This document shows, in pieces, positions 19,363 to 29,968 of a stretch of DNA of 64,000 nucleotides. The notes beneath the pieces are model-generated. The model made no database searches and was not told the origin of the DNA. It saw nothing but the letters and a program-made list of their open reading frames with translations. A program made the translations under genes and the position numbers. Source of the DNA: an uncultured Candidatus Saccharibacteria bacterium. Its GTDB lineage: Bacteria; Patescibacteriota; Minisyncoccia; Phycocordibacterales; DATDWN01. The stretch is from assembly GCA_964551495.1 (NCBI GenBank), contig CAZKCA010000002.1, positions 19,648 to 83,647 of the forward strand. Reading direction: 5' to 3'. Position 1 is the stretch's first letter. Every line of letters starts with the position of its first letter.

Positions 19363-19420
19363 GTGCAAAACTTTATTTACAACTATTTTTAGAAGAGTAT
19401 CATAAAACTGGAGGTGTACA

Positions 19421-19633
19421 ATGAATCTTCAACAAGGGGACATTGTCGAAGCCAGGATTCCGACAAATAACCATTTTGCGGGAGATGGATACACTAAAGC
19501 AAAAGTCTTGGAGGTCATCTCTCAAGATGAAGTTTTGCTCAGAATCTCAGCTTTTGGCGACACAGTCATTGCTCCAGAGAACAAATGTCACTTTGTTCTC
19601 CATGGATACGCTTACAACAAGCGCCCTGCCTAA
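19421..19633 (+). CDS. hypothetical 70-aa protein, GC-anomalous self-contained gene
   Basis: MNLQQGDIVEARIPTNNHFAGDGYTKAKVLEVISQDEVLLRISAFGDTVIAPENKCHFVLHGYAYNKRPA. Upstream TTTACA..16..TATCAT, SD GGAGG with 7-nt spacing; downstream hairpin GCGCCCTGCCTAAGGGCGC plus T-run. About 47% GC. Confidence 0.5.
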   Translation: MNLQQGDIVEARIPTNNHFAGDGYTKAKVLEVISQDEVLLRISAFGDTVIAPENKCHFVLHGYAYNKRPA

Positions 19634-19691
19634 GGGCGCTTTTACACTGTAATTTTTATTATAAATTTGATAGTATGGGGTAGATAAACAT

Positions 19692-21086
19692 ATGAAAAGA
19701 ACCTATATAAAAGATTTAACAAATTTTGTTGGTCAAGAAGTTATTATAAAAGGCTGGGTAGATGTTCGTCGTGATCAAGGTAAACTTGTTTTTATGGATA
19801 TGAGAGATATGACAGGTAAAGTCCAGTGTGTTGTTTTACCTAACCACACAGAAGCCATGGAGTCTGTAAAAGATGTCAGAACTGAATGGGTTTTAGAGAT
19901 TAAAGGTCTTGTAAATAAAAGACCAGAAAAAAATATAAAAGAAGGAATATTAAATGGTGATATAGAATTAGAAATATTAGAAATTGTTGTCTTGAATAAA
20001 TCAGAAACAACTCCTTTTGATATAGGACAGGATACAAAAAATGTTTCAGAGGATGTGAGACTGAAATATAGATACTTAGATTTGCGTTCAGATAGAATGC
20101 AAAAAAATATAAGAAATAGACATAGGGTTATAAAACATATAAGAGACTTTTTAGACAGAGAAGGTTTTGTGGAAGTAGAAACACCCCTTTTAACAAAGTC
20201 TACTCCAGAAGGCTCTCGCGATTATGTGGTTCCCGCTAGACTTTATCCCGGAACTTTTTACGCATTACCTCAATCTCCTCAACAATACAAACAACTTCTT
20301 ATGACTTCTGGTATCGAAAAATATTTTCAAATAGCTCGTTGCATGAGAGATGAAGACACAAGAGGGGATAGACAACCAGAATTTACTCAACTGGATTTAG
20401 AGATGAGCTTTGTAGAGAGAGAAGATGTCATGGAAATAAACGAAAGATTGATGATAGATCTGGTATCTAAAATCTACCCAGAGAAAAAGATTCAACAAAT
20501 TCCTTTTCCTAGGCTTACTTACAAAGAAGCTATGGAAAAATATAACTCAGACAAGCCAGACCTAAGAGAAAACAAAGAAGATCCAAATCTTTTGGCTTTT
20601 TGTTGGATAATAGATTTTCCTTTCTTTGAAAAAACAGATGAGGGCGGTTGGACATTTACACACAACCCTTTTTCAAAGCCAAAAAATGAACACATGGATC
20701 TTTTGATGAACAAAGAAAAAATAGATCAAATTTTAACAACTCAATACGATTTAGCTTTAAATGGCTATGAAGTTGGAGGAGGGAGTATAAGAAACCACAT
20801 ACCAGAAGCACTGGAAAAAGTTTTTGAAGTAATGGGACACAAAATAGAAAACATAAAGAAAAATTTTGGACACATGATGGAGGCATTTTCTTTTGGAACA
20901 CCTCCTCATGGAGGAATAGCTTGGGGTCTAGATAGACTTATGATGCTTCTCCAGAATGAACCAAACATAAGAGAAGTTATAGCATTTTCTAAGACTGGAG
21001 AAGGAAAAGATTTAATGATGAATTCACCTTCAGAAATTAGTCAGGAGCAACTAAACGAGTTGAATATTTCCCTTAAAAAGAAATAA
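19692..21086 (+). CDS. aspS: aspartyl-tRNA synthetase, short form lacking the bacterial GAD insertion
   Basis: Class II motifs FYALPQSPQQYKQLLM, GGGSIRNH and PPHGGIAWGLDRLMML; 464 aa. Confidence 0.85.
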   Translation: MKRTYIKDLTNFVGQEVIIKGWVDVRRDQGKLVFMDMRDMTGKVQCVVLPNHTEAMESVKDVRTEWVLEIKGLVNKRPEKNIKEGILNGDIELEILEIVVLNKSETTPFDIGQDTKNVSEDVRLKYRYLDLRSDRMQKNIRNRHRVIKHIRDFLDREGFVEVETPLLTKSTPEGSRDYVVPARLYPGTFYALPQSPQQYKQLLMTSGIEKYFQIARCMRDEDTRGDRQPEFTQLDLEMSFVEREDVMEINERLMIDLVSKIYPEKKIQQIPFPRLTYKEAMEKYNSDKPDLRENKEDPNLLAFCWIIDFPFFEKTDEGGWTFTHNPFSKPKNEHMDLLMNKEKIDQILTTQYDLALNGYEVGGGSIRNHIPEALEKVFEVMGHKIENIKKNFGHMMEAFSFGTPPHGGIAWGLDRLMMLLQNEPNIREVIAFSKTGEGKDLMMNSPSEISQEQLNELNISLKKK

Positions 21087-21105
21087 AAATTGATATAATG
21101 ATTCT

Positions 21106-21837
21106 GTGAACGAAAACTCATACACAGTTAAAACAGAGATATTTGAAGGTCCACTGGACACTTTGCTTGGTCTTATAGAAAAAAGAAAATTATTTATAAA
21201 TGATATATCTTTAGCTCAGGTGGCTGATGATTTTATAGCTTATGTTAAAAACTTAGGTGATTTTCCTATGGCAGAATCAGCCAATTTTATATTGATAGCA
21301 TCTACTTTGGTTTTAATTAAATCTAAATCTTTATTGCCCAATCTTACTTTATCTCAAGAAGAAGAACAAAGTATAGATGATCTACAAGATAGATTGAAAG
21401 AACACCAAAAATATAAAAGATTAGGAGAAAGTCTTTTAAAGATTTTCAATAAAAAAAATTTATATATAAAATTACCACCTAAACAAACAAAAGTTTTGTT
21501 TGTTCCAGACGAAAGAATTAATTTAAAAAGATTGTATGAAGGTATAATGGGGGTTATATCTCAAATACCTAAAGTTGAAAATTTACCAAAAACCGTGGTT
21601 CAAAAAGTTATCAGTTTAGAAGAAATGATAGAAAATCTCACAGACAGAATAACAAAAAGTTTCAAAATGAGTTTTAAAGATTTCTCTGGAATAGGCAAAG
21701 AAGACAAAGTAAATGTTATAGTAAGTTTTCTGGCTATGTTAGAATTAGTAAAACAGGGAATTATACAAGTTAAACAAGATAGAGCTTTAGACGATATAGA
21801 AATAGAAACAAACAGTGTTAGTGTTCCAAGATATTAA
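21106..21837 (+). CDS. scpA: segregation and condensation protein A
   Basis: FEGPLDTLLGLIEKRKLFINDISLAQVADDFIAYV is the ScpA N-terminal signature. Confidence 0.85.
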   Translation: MNENSYTVKTEIFEGPLDTLLGLIEKRKLFINDISLAQVADDFIAYVKNLGDFPMAESANFILIASTLVLIKSKSLLPNLTLSQEEEQSIDDLQDRLKEHQKYKRLGESLLKIFNKKNLYIKLPPKQTKVLFVPDERINLKRLYEGIMGVISQIPKVENLPKTVVQKVISLEEMIENLTDRITKSFKMSFKDFSGIGKEDKVNVIVSFLAMLELVKQGIIQVKQDRALDDIEIETNSVSVPRY

Positions 21838-21838
21838 T

Positions 21839-22378
21839 ATGGATATAAATTTAATTTCAAAAAAAATAGAGGCCGTTCTTTTTTATCTATCAGAACCAGT
21901 AGATATTAAAAGATTATCTAAAATACTAGAAGTTTCTACAGAACAAATAGTTGAGGCGGTTAAAATACTAAATGATTTATACCAAGACAGAGGGATAAGT
22001 CTTATCATTCACGGTAATGAAATATCTTTAGTCACATCAAATAGCGTAACTGAAACAATAGATAAACTAATCCAAGATGAACAAAAAAGAGATATTGGCA
22101 AAGCGGGAATAGAAACCTTGGCTATAATAGCTTATAAAGGAACGGTTTCAAGAAGAGAGATTGAGTATATAAGAGGAGTAAATTGCCAATTTGCCCTAAG
22201 AAACCTACTAATAAGAGGACTTATAGATAAAAAACCATCTGAAACAGATGAAAGAATAATGCTTTATACTATAACTATGGATGCCTTGATGCATTTGGGT
22301 ATAAAAAATATAGAAGAATTACCAGAATATGATAAAGTAAAAAGAGAGATCGATATTTCACCAGAAATAGAAGAATAA
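21839..22378 (+). CDS. scpB: segregation and condensation protein B
   Basis: IEAVLFYLSEPVDIKRLSKILEVSTEQIVEAVKILNDLYQ and a second winged-helix region. Start taken at the internal Met. Confidence 0.85.
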   Translation: MDINLISKKIEAVLFYLSEPVDIKRLSKILEVSTEQIVEAVKILNDLYQDRGISLIIHGNEISLVTSNSVTETIDKLIQDEQKRDIGKAGIETLAIIAYKGTVSRREIEYIRGVNCQFALRNLLIRGLIDKKPSETDERIMLYTITMDALMHLGIKNIEELPEYDKVKREIDISPEIEE

Positions 22379-22387
22379 AAATAATTT

Positions 22388-23338
22388 ATGGATACAGAAA
22401 ATAAAGAAAAATTACCCTTGTGGTTACTAATTTTAAATGCCTTTTTAATAATGGCCATAATTTGGTTGTTTTTCCTTATATACGGAAATATAAAAAGTTC
22501 TAAAGTTGTAGAAGCACAACAAACTGAAGAAATTGTAACTTCTCAGTTTTTTGAAAATATTGAAATAGAAGCAAAGTCTGCATACATTTTAGATATAAAA
22601 GAAAATAAAATTTTATACACAAAAAATGAAAATGCTCAATTACCTCTAGCTTCTATTACAAAATTGATGACTGCTATAGTTGCTCTAGAGTTGGTACCAA
22701 ATAATTCTAAAGTAACAATTAGGCCTGAATTTCTCTATGAATACGGGGATGAAGGGCTATTACCTGAAGAAAATTGGCAGTTAAAGGATCTTTTAGATTT
22801 TTCTTTGATTACCTCCTCAAATGATGGATCTCGTGCCATAGCTTCTGTTGTAGGATCAACTTTAGCTCAAACAGACGACTATAATTTGGGAAGGATAGAG
22901 TTTATAGAAAAAATGAACCAGAAAGCTAAAGATTTAGGTCTTGCCAATATGTATTTTGTAAATGAATCTGGGCTTGATATAAGTTCTTATCAAGCTGGAG
23001 CATATGGAACCTCAAAAGAAGTGGCTACACTTTTAAGTTACATAATAAAAAATAGACCAGAAATAGTAGAACTTACAAAATATAGCCAAAAAACAATAAA
23101 TTCAGAAACTGTTCGTCATAATGTTAGCAACACAAACAATCAAGTAGGGGAAATACCAAATTTAATACTTTCCAAAACTGGATATACAAATTTAGCTGGA
23201 GGAAACCTGGCTATAGTATTTGATGTTGAAATAGGCAGACCAGTTGCTATAGTTGTTTTAGGCTCCAGTTTAGATGGTAGGTTTAAAGATGTTTACAAAT
23301 TAAAAGAAGCTACATTTGATTACATTAGATCTCTATAA
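22388..23338 (+). CDS. D-alanyl-D-alanine carboxypeptidase (S11, PBP5/6-like)
   Basis: N-terminal TM; SxxK ASITKLMT, SxN SSNDGS, KTG SKTGYT. Confidence 0.8.
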   Translation: MDTENKEKLPLWLLILNAFLIMAIIWLFFLIYGNIKSSKVVEAQQTEEIVTSQFFENIEIEAKSAYILDIKENKILYTKNENAQLPLASITKLMTAIVALELVPNNSKVTIRPEFLYEYGDEGLLPEENWQLKDLLDFSLITSSNDGSRAIASVVGSTLAQTDDYNLGRIEFIEKMNQKAKDLGLANMYFVNESGLDISSYQAGAYGTSKEVATLLSYIIKNRPEIVELTKYSQKTINSETVRHNVSNTNNQVGEIPNLILSKTGYTNLAGGNLAIVFDVEIGRPVAIVVLGSSLDGRFKDVYKLKEATFDYIRSL

Positions 23339-23341
23339 ATT

Positions 23342-25189
23342 ATGTGTGGAATATCTGGAATAATTGATAAATCTGTATTAAATAAAGATTCTGTTATAAA
23401 AAAAATGACAGAAAGTATTCATCATAGAGGACCAGATCAAGATGGATTTTTTGTTGATGATTTGGTTGGTCTTGGAATGAGAAGACTTTCTATTATAGAT
23501 CTTTCTACAGGCAAGCAACCTATTTTTTCAGAGGATGGAGAAATATGTATATTTTTTAATGGTGAAATATATAACTACAAAGAATTAAGAGAAGATCTGG
23601 TCAAAGAGGGTGTTTTGTTTAGTACAAAAACAGACACCGAAGTCATTCTTCAAATGTACAGACTGTATGGAGAGTCATCATTAACAAAACTTAGAGGAAT
23701 GTTTGCTTTTTGCATATATAACACAAAAAATAAAACATTGTTTTTAGCTAGAGATTTTTTTGGTATTAAACCTTTGTATTATTTAAAAGAAGAAAACACA
23801 ATAAGAGCGTTCTCCTCAGAAATAAAAAGTTTTTTAGAAATAGATAATTTTAAAGTGGAAATAAATGAAAATGCTGTATATAACTATTTATCTTTTCAAT
23901 ATAATCCGCTAAATGAAACTTTTTTCAAAAACGTATACAAATTGCCTCCCGCTCACTTTATGCATATAAATCTAGAAACAGGTGAAAGTCAAATAAAAAA
24001 ATATTGGTCATTTGAATTTGAGCAAAATAATAAATTAGAAAAAGAAGAAACCAAAAAGAAAATTTTAGAAACAATTGAAGATTCTGTGGCCCACCATATG
24101 ATAGCAGATGTGGCAGTAGGGTCGTTTTTATCTGGTGGGATAGATAGTAGTATCATAGCTACACTAATGCAAAAAATAAGTGGAACTAAAAAAATAAAAA
24201 CTTTTACTGTTGGATTTAGTTCTCTTTCTGAAGGAAATGAAGCCAAAGAAACATCAAGTTTTTTGGAAACAGATCATAGGGAAATTATTATAGGTCCAGA
24301 AGAATACTTTAATATTTTACCAAAAGCAGTATGGCACTTTGACGAGCCTGTTGCTGATCCATCGGCTATTGGTTTGTATTTTGTGGCAAGAGAAGCAAGA
24401 AAACATGTTACAGTTGTATTATCTGGGGAAGGATCAGATGAATTTTTTGGGGGTTACAATATTTATTTAGAACCTTTTGCCAGAAAAAAAGCATCTTGGA
24501 TACCAAAAAAAATATTAGATTTTGTTATATCTTTACCTTTTGAATTTTTTGGTAAAAATTATTTAAAAAGAGCCTCTAAAAATTTGTCTGACTGGTATAT
24601 AGGAAATGCCTCTGTATTTACAAAAGAAGAAATAGCTAAGCTTTGGAAAGGAGATGCAGGAGAACATCATTCTATTCTTCCTCTGTATAGTCATACAGCT
24701 GGACTGAGCCAATCTACACAAATGCAATACATAGATATAAATACCTGGCTAATAGGGGATATACTAGCTAAAGCTGATAAGATGACAATGGCTAATTCTT
24801 TAGAATTAAGGGTCCCATTTTTAGATAAAGAAGTTGCTCTACTAGCTAGAACTTTACCGGACAATTTTAAATGGCATAGGGGTGTAACTAAGTATTTACT
24901 GAGAGAAGCTTTCAAAAAAATCATTCCAGAAAATACAAGAAATAGAAGAAAGTTAGGTTTTCCTACACCGGTCCAAAATTGGTTTACTAAAGATAAAGAC
25001 GAATTATATAATACAATTCTGGAAAATGATTTTATCAAGAAAAAAATGAATATTTCTTATATAAAAGAAATTATAGAAGAACATACAAATCAAAAGAAAA
25101 ATAATTCTAGAAAAATTTATTTACTACTTATCTTGGCCTTGTGGTACGATATTTTTGTTCAAAAAAAGAAGATTTATCAACATATTTAA
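23342..25189 (+). CDS. asnB: asparagine synthase (glutamine-hydrolysing)
   Basis: MCGISGII N-terminal nucleophile Cys and PP-loop SGGIDSS; 615 aa. Confidence 0.9.
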   Translation: MCGISGIIDKSVLNKDSVIKKMTESIHHRGPDQDGFFVDDLVGLGMRRLSIIDLSTGKQPIFSEDGEICIFFNGEIYNYKELREDLVKEGVLFSTKTDTEVILQMYRLYGESSLTKLRGMFAFCIYNTKNKTLFLARDFFGIKPLYYLKEENTIRAFSSEIKSFLEIDNFKVEINENAVYNYLSFQYNPLNETFFKNVYKLPPAHFMHINLETGESQIKKYWSFEFEQNNKLEKEETKKKILETIEDSVAHHMIADVAVGSFLSGGIDSSIIATLMQKISGTKKIKTFTVGFSSLSEGNEAKETSSFLETDHREIIIGPEEYFNILPKAVWHFDEPVADPSAIGLYFVAREARKHVTVVLSGEGSDEFFGGYNIYLEPFARKKASWIPKKILDFVISLPFEFFGKNYLKRASKNLSDWYIGNASVFTKEEIAKLWKGDAGEHHSILPLYSHTAGLSQSTQMQYIDINTWLIGDILAKADKMTMANSLELRVPFLDKEVALLARTLPDNFKWHRGVTKYLLREAFKKIIPENTRNRRKLGFPTPVQNWFTKDKDELYNTILENDFIKKKMNISYIKEIIEEHTNQKKNNSRKIYLLLILALWYDIFVQKKKIYQHI

Positions 25190-25221
25190 GTATAGATAAT
25201 ATTTTGCTATAATAGTATTCA

Positions 25222-26277
25222 ATGATAGATATACTGAAAATAGTAATACCTTCTGTTTTAACATTTTTTCTGGGTATATTTATTACTCCTTTTTTCACTA
25301 ATATATTCTATAAATATAAAATGTGGAAGAAAAATCCACGTACTGAAACAGGAGATATAACCTCTGAAGATTTTAATAGAATTCATAACACAAAAGGAGA
25401 ACTTTCTACACCCCGAATTGGCGGTGTTATTATTTGGATTTCAGTCCTACTAACAGTAGCAATCATATACTTAACTTCAGTTATATTTCCAACAGACCTA
25501 ACTTTAAAATTAAACTTTTTTAGTAGAAGCCAAACACTGATTCCTTTGTCCACACTTATCTTGGCGGCATGTATCGGATTGTTTGATGATATGATGCATA
25601 TTTTAGGGAAAGGAGCTTTTGCAAAAGACAATATAATATATAGAAAATTTAAAATTATACTAGTAACAATAATTGGTCTAGCTATATCTTTGTGGTTTTA
25701 TTTTAAACTAGATATGTCAACGGTCCATATTCCTTTCTGGGGAGAGTTCGATATATATTTATGGTTTATACCTTTCTTTATAATAGTTATGCTGGCTGTT
25801 TTTTCAACTTCTGTAATAGACGGAATGGACGGCCTTTCTGGAGGTGTATTGGTTACAATATTTACATCATATTCAATAATTGCTTTTGTAAACAACCAAA
25901 TAGATATTGCTGCATTTTGCGCTGTTTTGGCTGGGGGCATTTTAGCATTTCTTTGGTTTAATATACCACCTGCTAGATTTTATATGGGAGAAACTGGAAT
26001 GTTAGCCTTAACAACTACTTTAGCTGTTATAGCATTTCTAACTAATTCTGTAATACTGCTTATTATTATAGCTTTTCCTCTGGTTGCAACATCTGCTTCC
26101 GTTATAATTCAAATAATATCTTACAAGTTTTTTAATAAACATCGAGTCTTCAGAGTGGCACCACTTCATCACCATTTTGAAGCTATAGGATGGACTAGAG
26201 AAAAAGTAGTAATGAGATATTGGATTATTTCAGTTGTGTCAGCAATAACGGGAACAATCTTGGTTTTAATAAGCTAG
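25222..26277 (+). CDS. mraY: phospho-N-acetylmuramoyl-pentapeptide transferase
   Basis: Polytopic membrane protein with DDMMHILGKG, IDGMDGL and HHHFEAIGW motifs of MraY. Confidence 0.9.
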   Translation: MIDILKIVIPSVLTFFLGIFITPFFTNIFYKYKMWKKNPRTETGDITSEDFNRIHNTKGELSTPRIGGVIIWISVLLTVAIIYLTSVIFPTDLTLKLNFFSRSQTLIPLSTLILAACIGLFDDMMHILGKGAFAKDNIIYRKFKIILVTIIGLAISLWFYFKLDMSTVHIPFWGEFDIYLWFIPFFIIVMLAVFSTSVIDGMDGLSGGVLVTIFTSYSIIAFVNNQIDIAAFCAVLAGGILAFLWFNIPPARFYMGETGMLALTTTLAVIAFLTNSVILLIIIAFPLVATSASVIIQIISYKFFNKHRVFRVAPLHHHFEAIGWTREKVVMRYWIISVVSAITGTILVLIS

Positions 26278-26283
26278 ATTTTA

Positions 26284-27384
26284 ATGAAAAAAATAAAAGT
26301 TGATATTCCTTTTTTAATATCGGTAATTATTCTTGTACTAGGTGGATTTTTGATATTCTCCTCAGCCTCCTTAGGACTACTTTCAAAACACGGGATAAAG
26401 TATGCCAATGTAGCCTTTAATCAGACTATATTTGGCTTATTTTTGGGCTCTATTGCTTGTTTCGCCACCTCTCATATAAATTATACTTTTTGGAAAAAAC
26501 ATGCTTTTTACATATTTTTGGCTGGTATAATAGCTACTTTACTTGTTTTTATACCAGGCATAGGTGTAGAACATGGTGGAGCCAAAAGATGGATATACTT
26601 AGGTTTTGTATCTTTTCAACCATCAGAATTACTAAAAATAGCTTTTATTATTTATCTTTCTGCTTGGCTTTCAAGTGTTAAAAACAAAATAGAAACTATC
26701 TCATATGGATTCGTTCCTGTATTCATAATGCTTTGCTTGGTTGGTTTAATTTTACTTTCACAACCAGATACCGACACTTTTATAGTCATATGCGCAGCAG
26801 CTCTATCAATATTTTTAATTGGGGGAGGAAAATGGAGACATATTATTATATTTGGAATTATAGGTATAATCGGTCTTGCAACTATTGCTTATTTTAGACC
26901 ATATATAAAAACAAGAATAGAAACTTTTATAAACCCAGGATCAAATATTCAAACTAGTGGTTATCAAATAGAACAGTCTCTTATAGCCATAGGTTCGGGA
27001 GGTATGTTTGGAAGAGGTTTCGGACAAAGTATACAAAAATTTAATTTCTTACCAGAACCAATAGGAGATTCTATATTTGCAGTGGCCGGAGAAGAGTTCG
27101 GTTTTATAGGATCCAGTTTAATCATACTTTTATTTATTTTCTTTACCTTAAGGGGACTTAAAATATCTATAAATGCACCTGATAGCTTTAGTAGACTTCT
27201 AACTGCTGGAATTGTTATAATGATAATGACTCAAGCATTTATAAATATAAGTTCGATGGTTGGAATACTACCTGTTTCTGGTATTCCTTTGCCTTTTATT
27301 AGCCATGGAGGAACAGCTTTATTTTTTGCTTTAGCTCAAGTCGGTATTATTCTTAATATTTCTAAATACGCAAAAAAGAAATGA
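26284..27384 (+). CDS. ftsW: SEDS-family peptidoglycan glycosyltransferase FtsW/RodA
   Basis: 366 aa, about 10 TM helices, between mraY and murG. Conserved PISHGGTALF C-terminal motif. Confidence 0.85.
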   Translation: MKKIKVDIPFLISVIILVLGGFLIFSSASLGLLSKHGIKYANVAFNQTIFGLFLGSIACFATSHINYTFWKKHAFYIFLAGIIATLLVFIPGIGVEHGGAKRWIYLGFVSFQPSELLKIAFIIYLSAWLSSVKNKIETISYGFVPVFIMLCLVGLILLSQPDTDTFIVICAAALSIFLIGGGKWRHIIIFGIIGIIGLATIAYFRPYIKTRIETFINPGSNIQTSGYQIEQSLIAIGSGGMFGRGFGQSIQKFNFLPEPIGDSIFAVAGEEFGFIGSSLIILLFIFFTLRGLKISINAPDSFSRLLTAGIVIMIMTQAFINISSMVGILPVSGIPLPFISHGGTALFFALAQVGIILNISKYAKKK

Positions 27385-28508
27385 AAATATTGCTCACAGG
27401 AGGAGGATCAGGTGGACACTTTTATCCGATTATAGCCATAGCCCAAGAAATACACTCTTTAGTAAAAGAAAATAAATTGGTTAAACCCGAAATTTATTTT
27501 ATGTCTACAGATCCTTACAACGAAGGATTACTTTATGAAAATGACATAATATTTAAAAAGGTTACTTCTGGAAAAATAAGAAGATATTTTTCTTTGATGA
27601 ATTTTTTTGACCTATTCAAAATATTTTGGGGAAGTCTTAAAGCCCTGTGGCTTGTTTTTAGAATCTATCCTGATGTGGTTTTTGGAAAAGGTGGATTTGC
27701 CAGTTTTCCGGCGTTATTTTCTGCTTGGATATTAGGTATACCAATTGTTATCCATGAGTCAGATATAGTTCCAGGTAAAGTAAATGCATGGGTTGGAAAA
27801 TTTGCAAAAAGAATAGCTGTCTCGTATCCAGAATCTGTTGATTATTTCCCAAAAAACAAAACTGCTTATACGGGCAATCCAATAAGAAAAGAAATTATGG
27901 AACCCCAAAATACTGGCTCACATGAATTCTTACAACTAAACGAAACAATACCTACAATACTAGTCTTAGGAGGCTCCCAAGGTGCCCAAAAAATAAATGA
28001 TCTAATAATAGATGCTCTTCCATATTTGGTAAAAAATTATCAAGTTATACATCAAACAGGTAAAAACAACATAAAAATAATTAAAGAAACTGCAGATGTT
28101 GTGCTTTTAAACAACCCAAACAAAGACAGATACAGACCTTATGATTACTTAGACTTGTTAACCATTAGAATGGCCGCTGGGGCTTCAGATATAATCGTAT
28201 CTAGGGCTGGATCTACTATATTTGAAATAGCTAGTTGGGCCAAACCGAGTATATTGATACCTATCACTAAATCAAATGGAGATCACCAGAGAAAAAATGC
28301 ATACTCTTATGCTAGAGCCGGTGGATGTGTTGTTATAGAAGAAAAAAACCTAACATCAAATATACTTCTAGCTGAAATAAATAGAATTTTACAAAACCCA
28401 AATGAAAAAGACAAAATGATAGAGTCGGCCAAGAAATTTTCTAGAAGAGATGCTGCTAAACTAATAGCTAAAGAAATACTATCAATTGGATTAAAGCACG
28501 AAGAATAA
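27381..28508 (+). CDS. murG: UDP-GlcNAc:lipid I N-acetylglucosaminyltransferase MurG
   Basis: MKILLTGGGSGGHFYPIIAIA G-loop and C-terminal GT-B domain. Confidence 0.9.
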   Translation: MKILLTGGGSGGHFYPIIAIAQEIHSLVKENKLVKPEIYFMSTDPYNEGLLYENDIIFKKVTSGKIRRYFSLMNFFDLFKIFWGSLKALWLVFRIYPDVVFGKGGFASFPALFSAWILGIPIVIHESDIVPGKVNAWVGKFAKRIAVSYPESVDYFPKNKTAYTGNPIRKEIMEPQNTGSHEFLQLNETIPTILVLGGSQGAQKINDLIIDALPYLVKNYQVIHQTGKNNIKIIKETADVVLLNNPNKDRYRPYDYLDLLTIRMAAGASDIIVSRAGSTIFEIASWAKPSILIPITKSNGDHQRKNAYSYARAGGCVVIEEKNLTSNILLAEINRILQNPNEKDKMIESAKKFSRRDAAKLIAKEILSIGLKHEE

Positions 28509-28510
28509 CC

Positions 28511-29968
28511 ATGTCCGAAAAAAATAAAATTGTAACAAGATTTGCCCCTTCACCAACTGGATTTATGCACGTTGGCGGTGTTAGAACTGCATTATATGCA
28601 TGGCTTTTAGCTAAAAAAAATAATGGTCATTTTATATTAAGAATAGAAGATACTGATAAAGAAAGGGAAGTACCTGGGTCTATAGAACACATAAAAGAGT
28701 CTTTGCGATGGTTAAAACTTGATTGGGACAAAGGACCAGATAAAGAAGATCAAATTTCTTATATTCAATCAGAAAGATTGGATTTATACAAAAAATATGC
28801 CGAACAATTAATAGAAAAAGGGCTGGCTTTTGCGGATCCATATTCTCCAGAAGAGTTGGATAATTTAAGAAAAAAAGCAGAAGAAAATAAACTACCTTTT
28901 TTGTATAGAAATCATAGACCAGAAAATCCTCCAAAATGGGATGGCTCACAACCTTTAAGATTTAAAATATCGGACATAGAAAAAACTGAATGGAAAGATT
29001 TGGTATGGGGTGAACTATCTGCTGGACCTGATGCTTTGGATGATTTTATTATTATAAAAAGTGATGGCTATCCTACTTATAATTTTGCTCATATAGTCGA
29101 TGATATAGAAATGGGTGTCACACATGTTGTTAGAGGCCAAGAATTCATCTCTTCCGTCCCAAAGTTTTTAGCACTTTATAAGGCTTTAGATATTGACCCT
29201 CCTTACTTTGTAACAACTCCACCAATCATGGCGGCAGATGGAAAAAAGAAATTAGGCAAAAGAGATGGAGCAAAAGATATACTTGAATATAAAAAAGAAG
29301 GTTATTTACCAGAGGCCATGATAAACTTTCTTGCTCTTTTGGGTTGGAATCCAGGAGATGACAGAGAAATATTCTCAATAGAAGAATTGATACAAACATT
29401 CAGTGTAGATGGGATACAAAGATCTGGAGCACGATGGAACGATCAAAAATTAAATTGGATAAACAAAGAGTTTTTGAAAAAACTTCCACAAGAAGAGATC
29501 CAAAAAGAAATTCAAGATAAATTATTGGAAAATAATAAAACCAAAAATTTTGAACTAGTAAAAGATAAGGAATTCATTTCAAAAATTTCCTCAATAATTT
29601 TTGACCGAATAGATAAATGGTCAGATATAAATAACCTGATTGAAGAAGGGGAGTTACAGTATTTCTTTGATAAACCAAGCTATAGTATTGATAAACTCAT
29701 ATGGAAGGAGTCTAACAAAGAGGACACTAAAAAATATTTACTAAAAATTTCTGAGCTTTTGAATAATTCAAATAATTTTTCTAATATAGAAGATATAAAA
29801 AATATCATATTTGATTATGCCACAGAACAGGGTAGGGGATCTGTTTTATGGCCTTTAAGATTTGCTTTATCAGGAAAAGAAAAAAGTCCAGATCCATTTA
29901 CTTTGATATATATATTAGGAAAAGAAGAATCCTTAGATAGAGTAGCTAAAGCTATAGAAAGTTTGTAA
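28511..29968 (+). CDS. gltX: glutamyl-tRNA synthetase
   Basis: RFAPSPTGFMHVGGVRTALY (HIGH region) with class I GluRS architecture. Confidence 0.9.
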   Translation: MSEKNKIVTRFAPSPTGFMHVGGVRTALYAWLLAKKNNGHFILRIEDTDKEREVPGSIEHIKESLRWLKLDWDKGPDKEDQISYIQSERLDLYKKYAEQLIEKGLAFADPYSPEELDNLRKKAEENKLPFLYRNHRPENPPKWDGSQPLRFKISDIEKTEWKDLVWGELSAGPDALDDFIIIKSDGYPTYNFAHIVDDIEMGVTHVVRGQEFISSVPKFLALYKALDIDPPYFVTTPPIMAADGKKKLGKRDGAKDILEYKKEGYLPEAMINFLALLGWNPGDDREIFSIEELIQTFSVDGIQRSGARWNDQKLNWINKEFLKKLPQEEIQKEIQDKLLENNKTKNFELVKDKEFISKISSIIFDRIDKWSDINNLIEEGELQYFFDKPSYSIDKLIWKESNKEDTKKYLLKISELLNNSNNFSNIEDIKNIIFDYATEQGRGSVLWPLRFALSGKEKSPDPFTLIYILGKEESLDRVAKAIESL

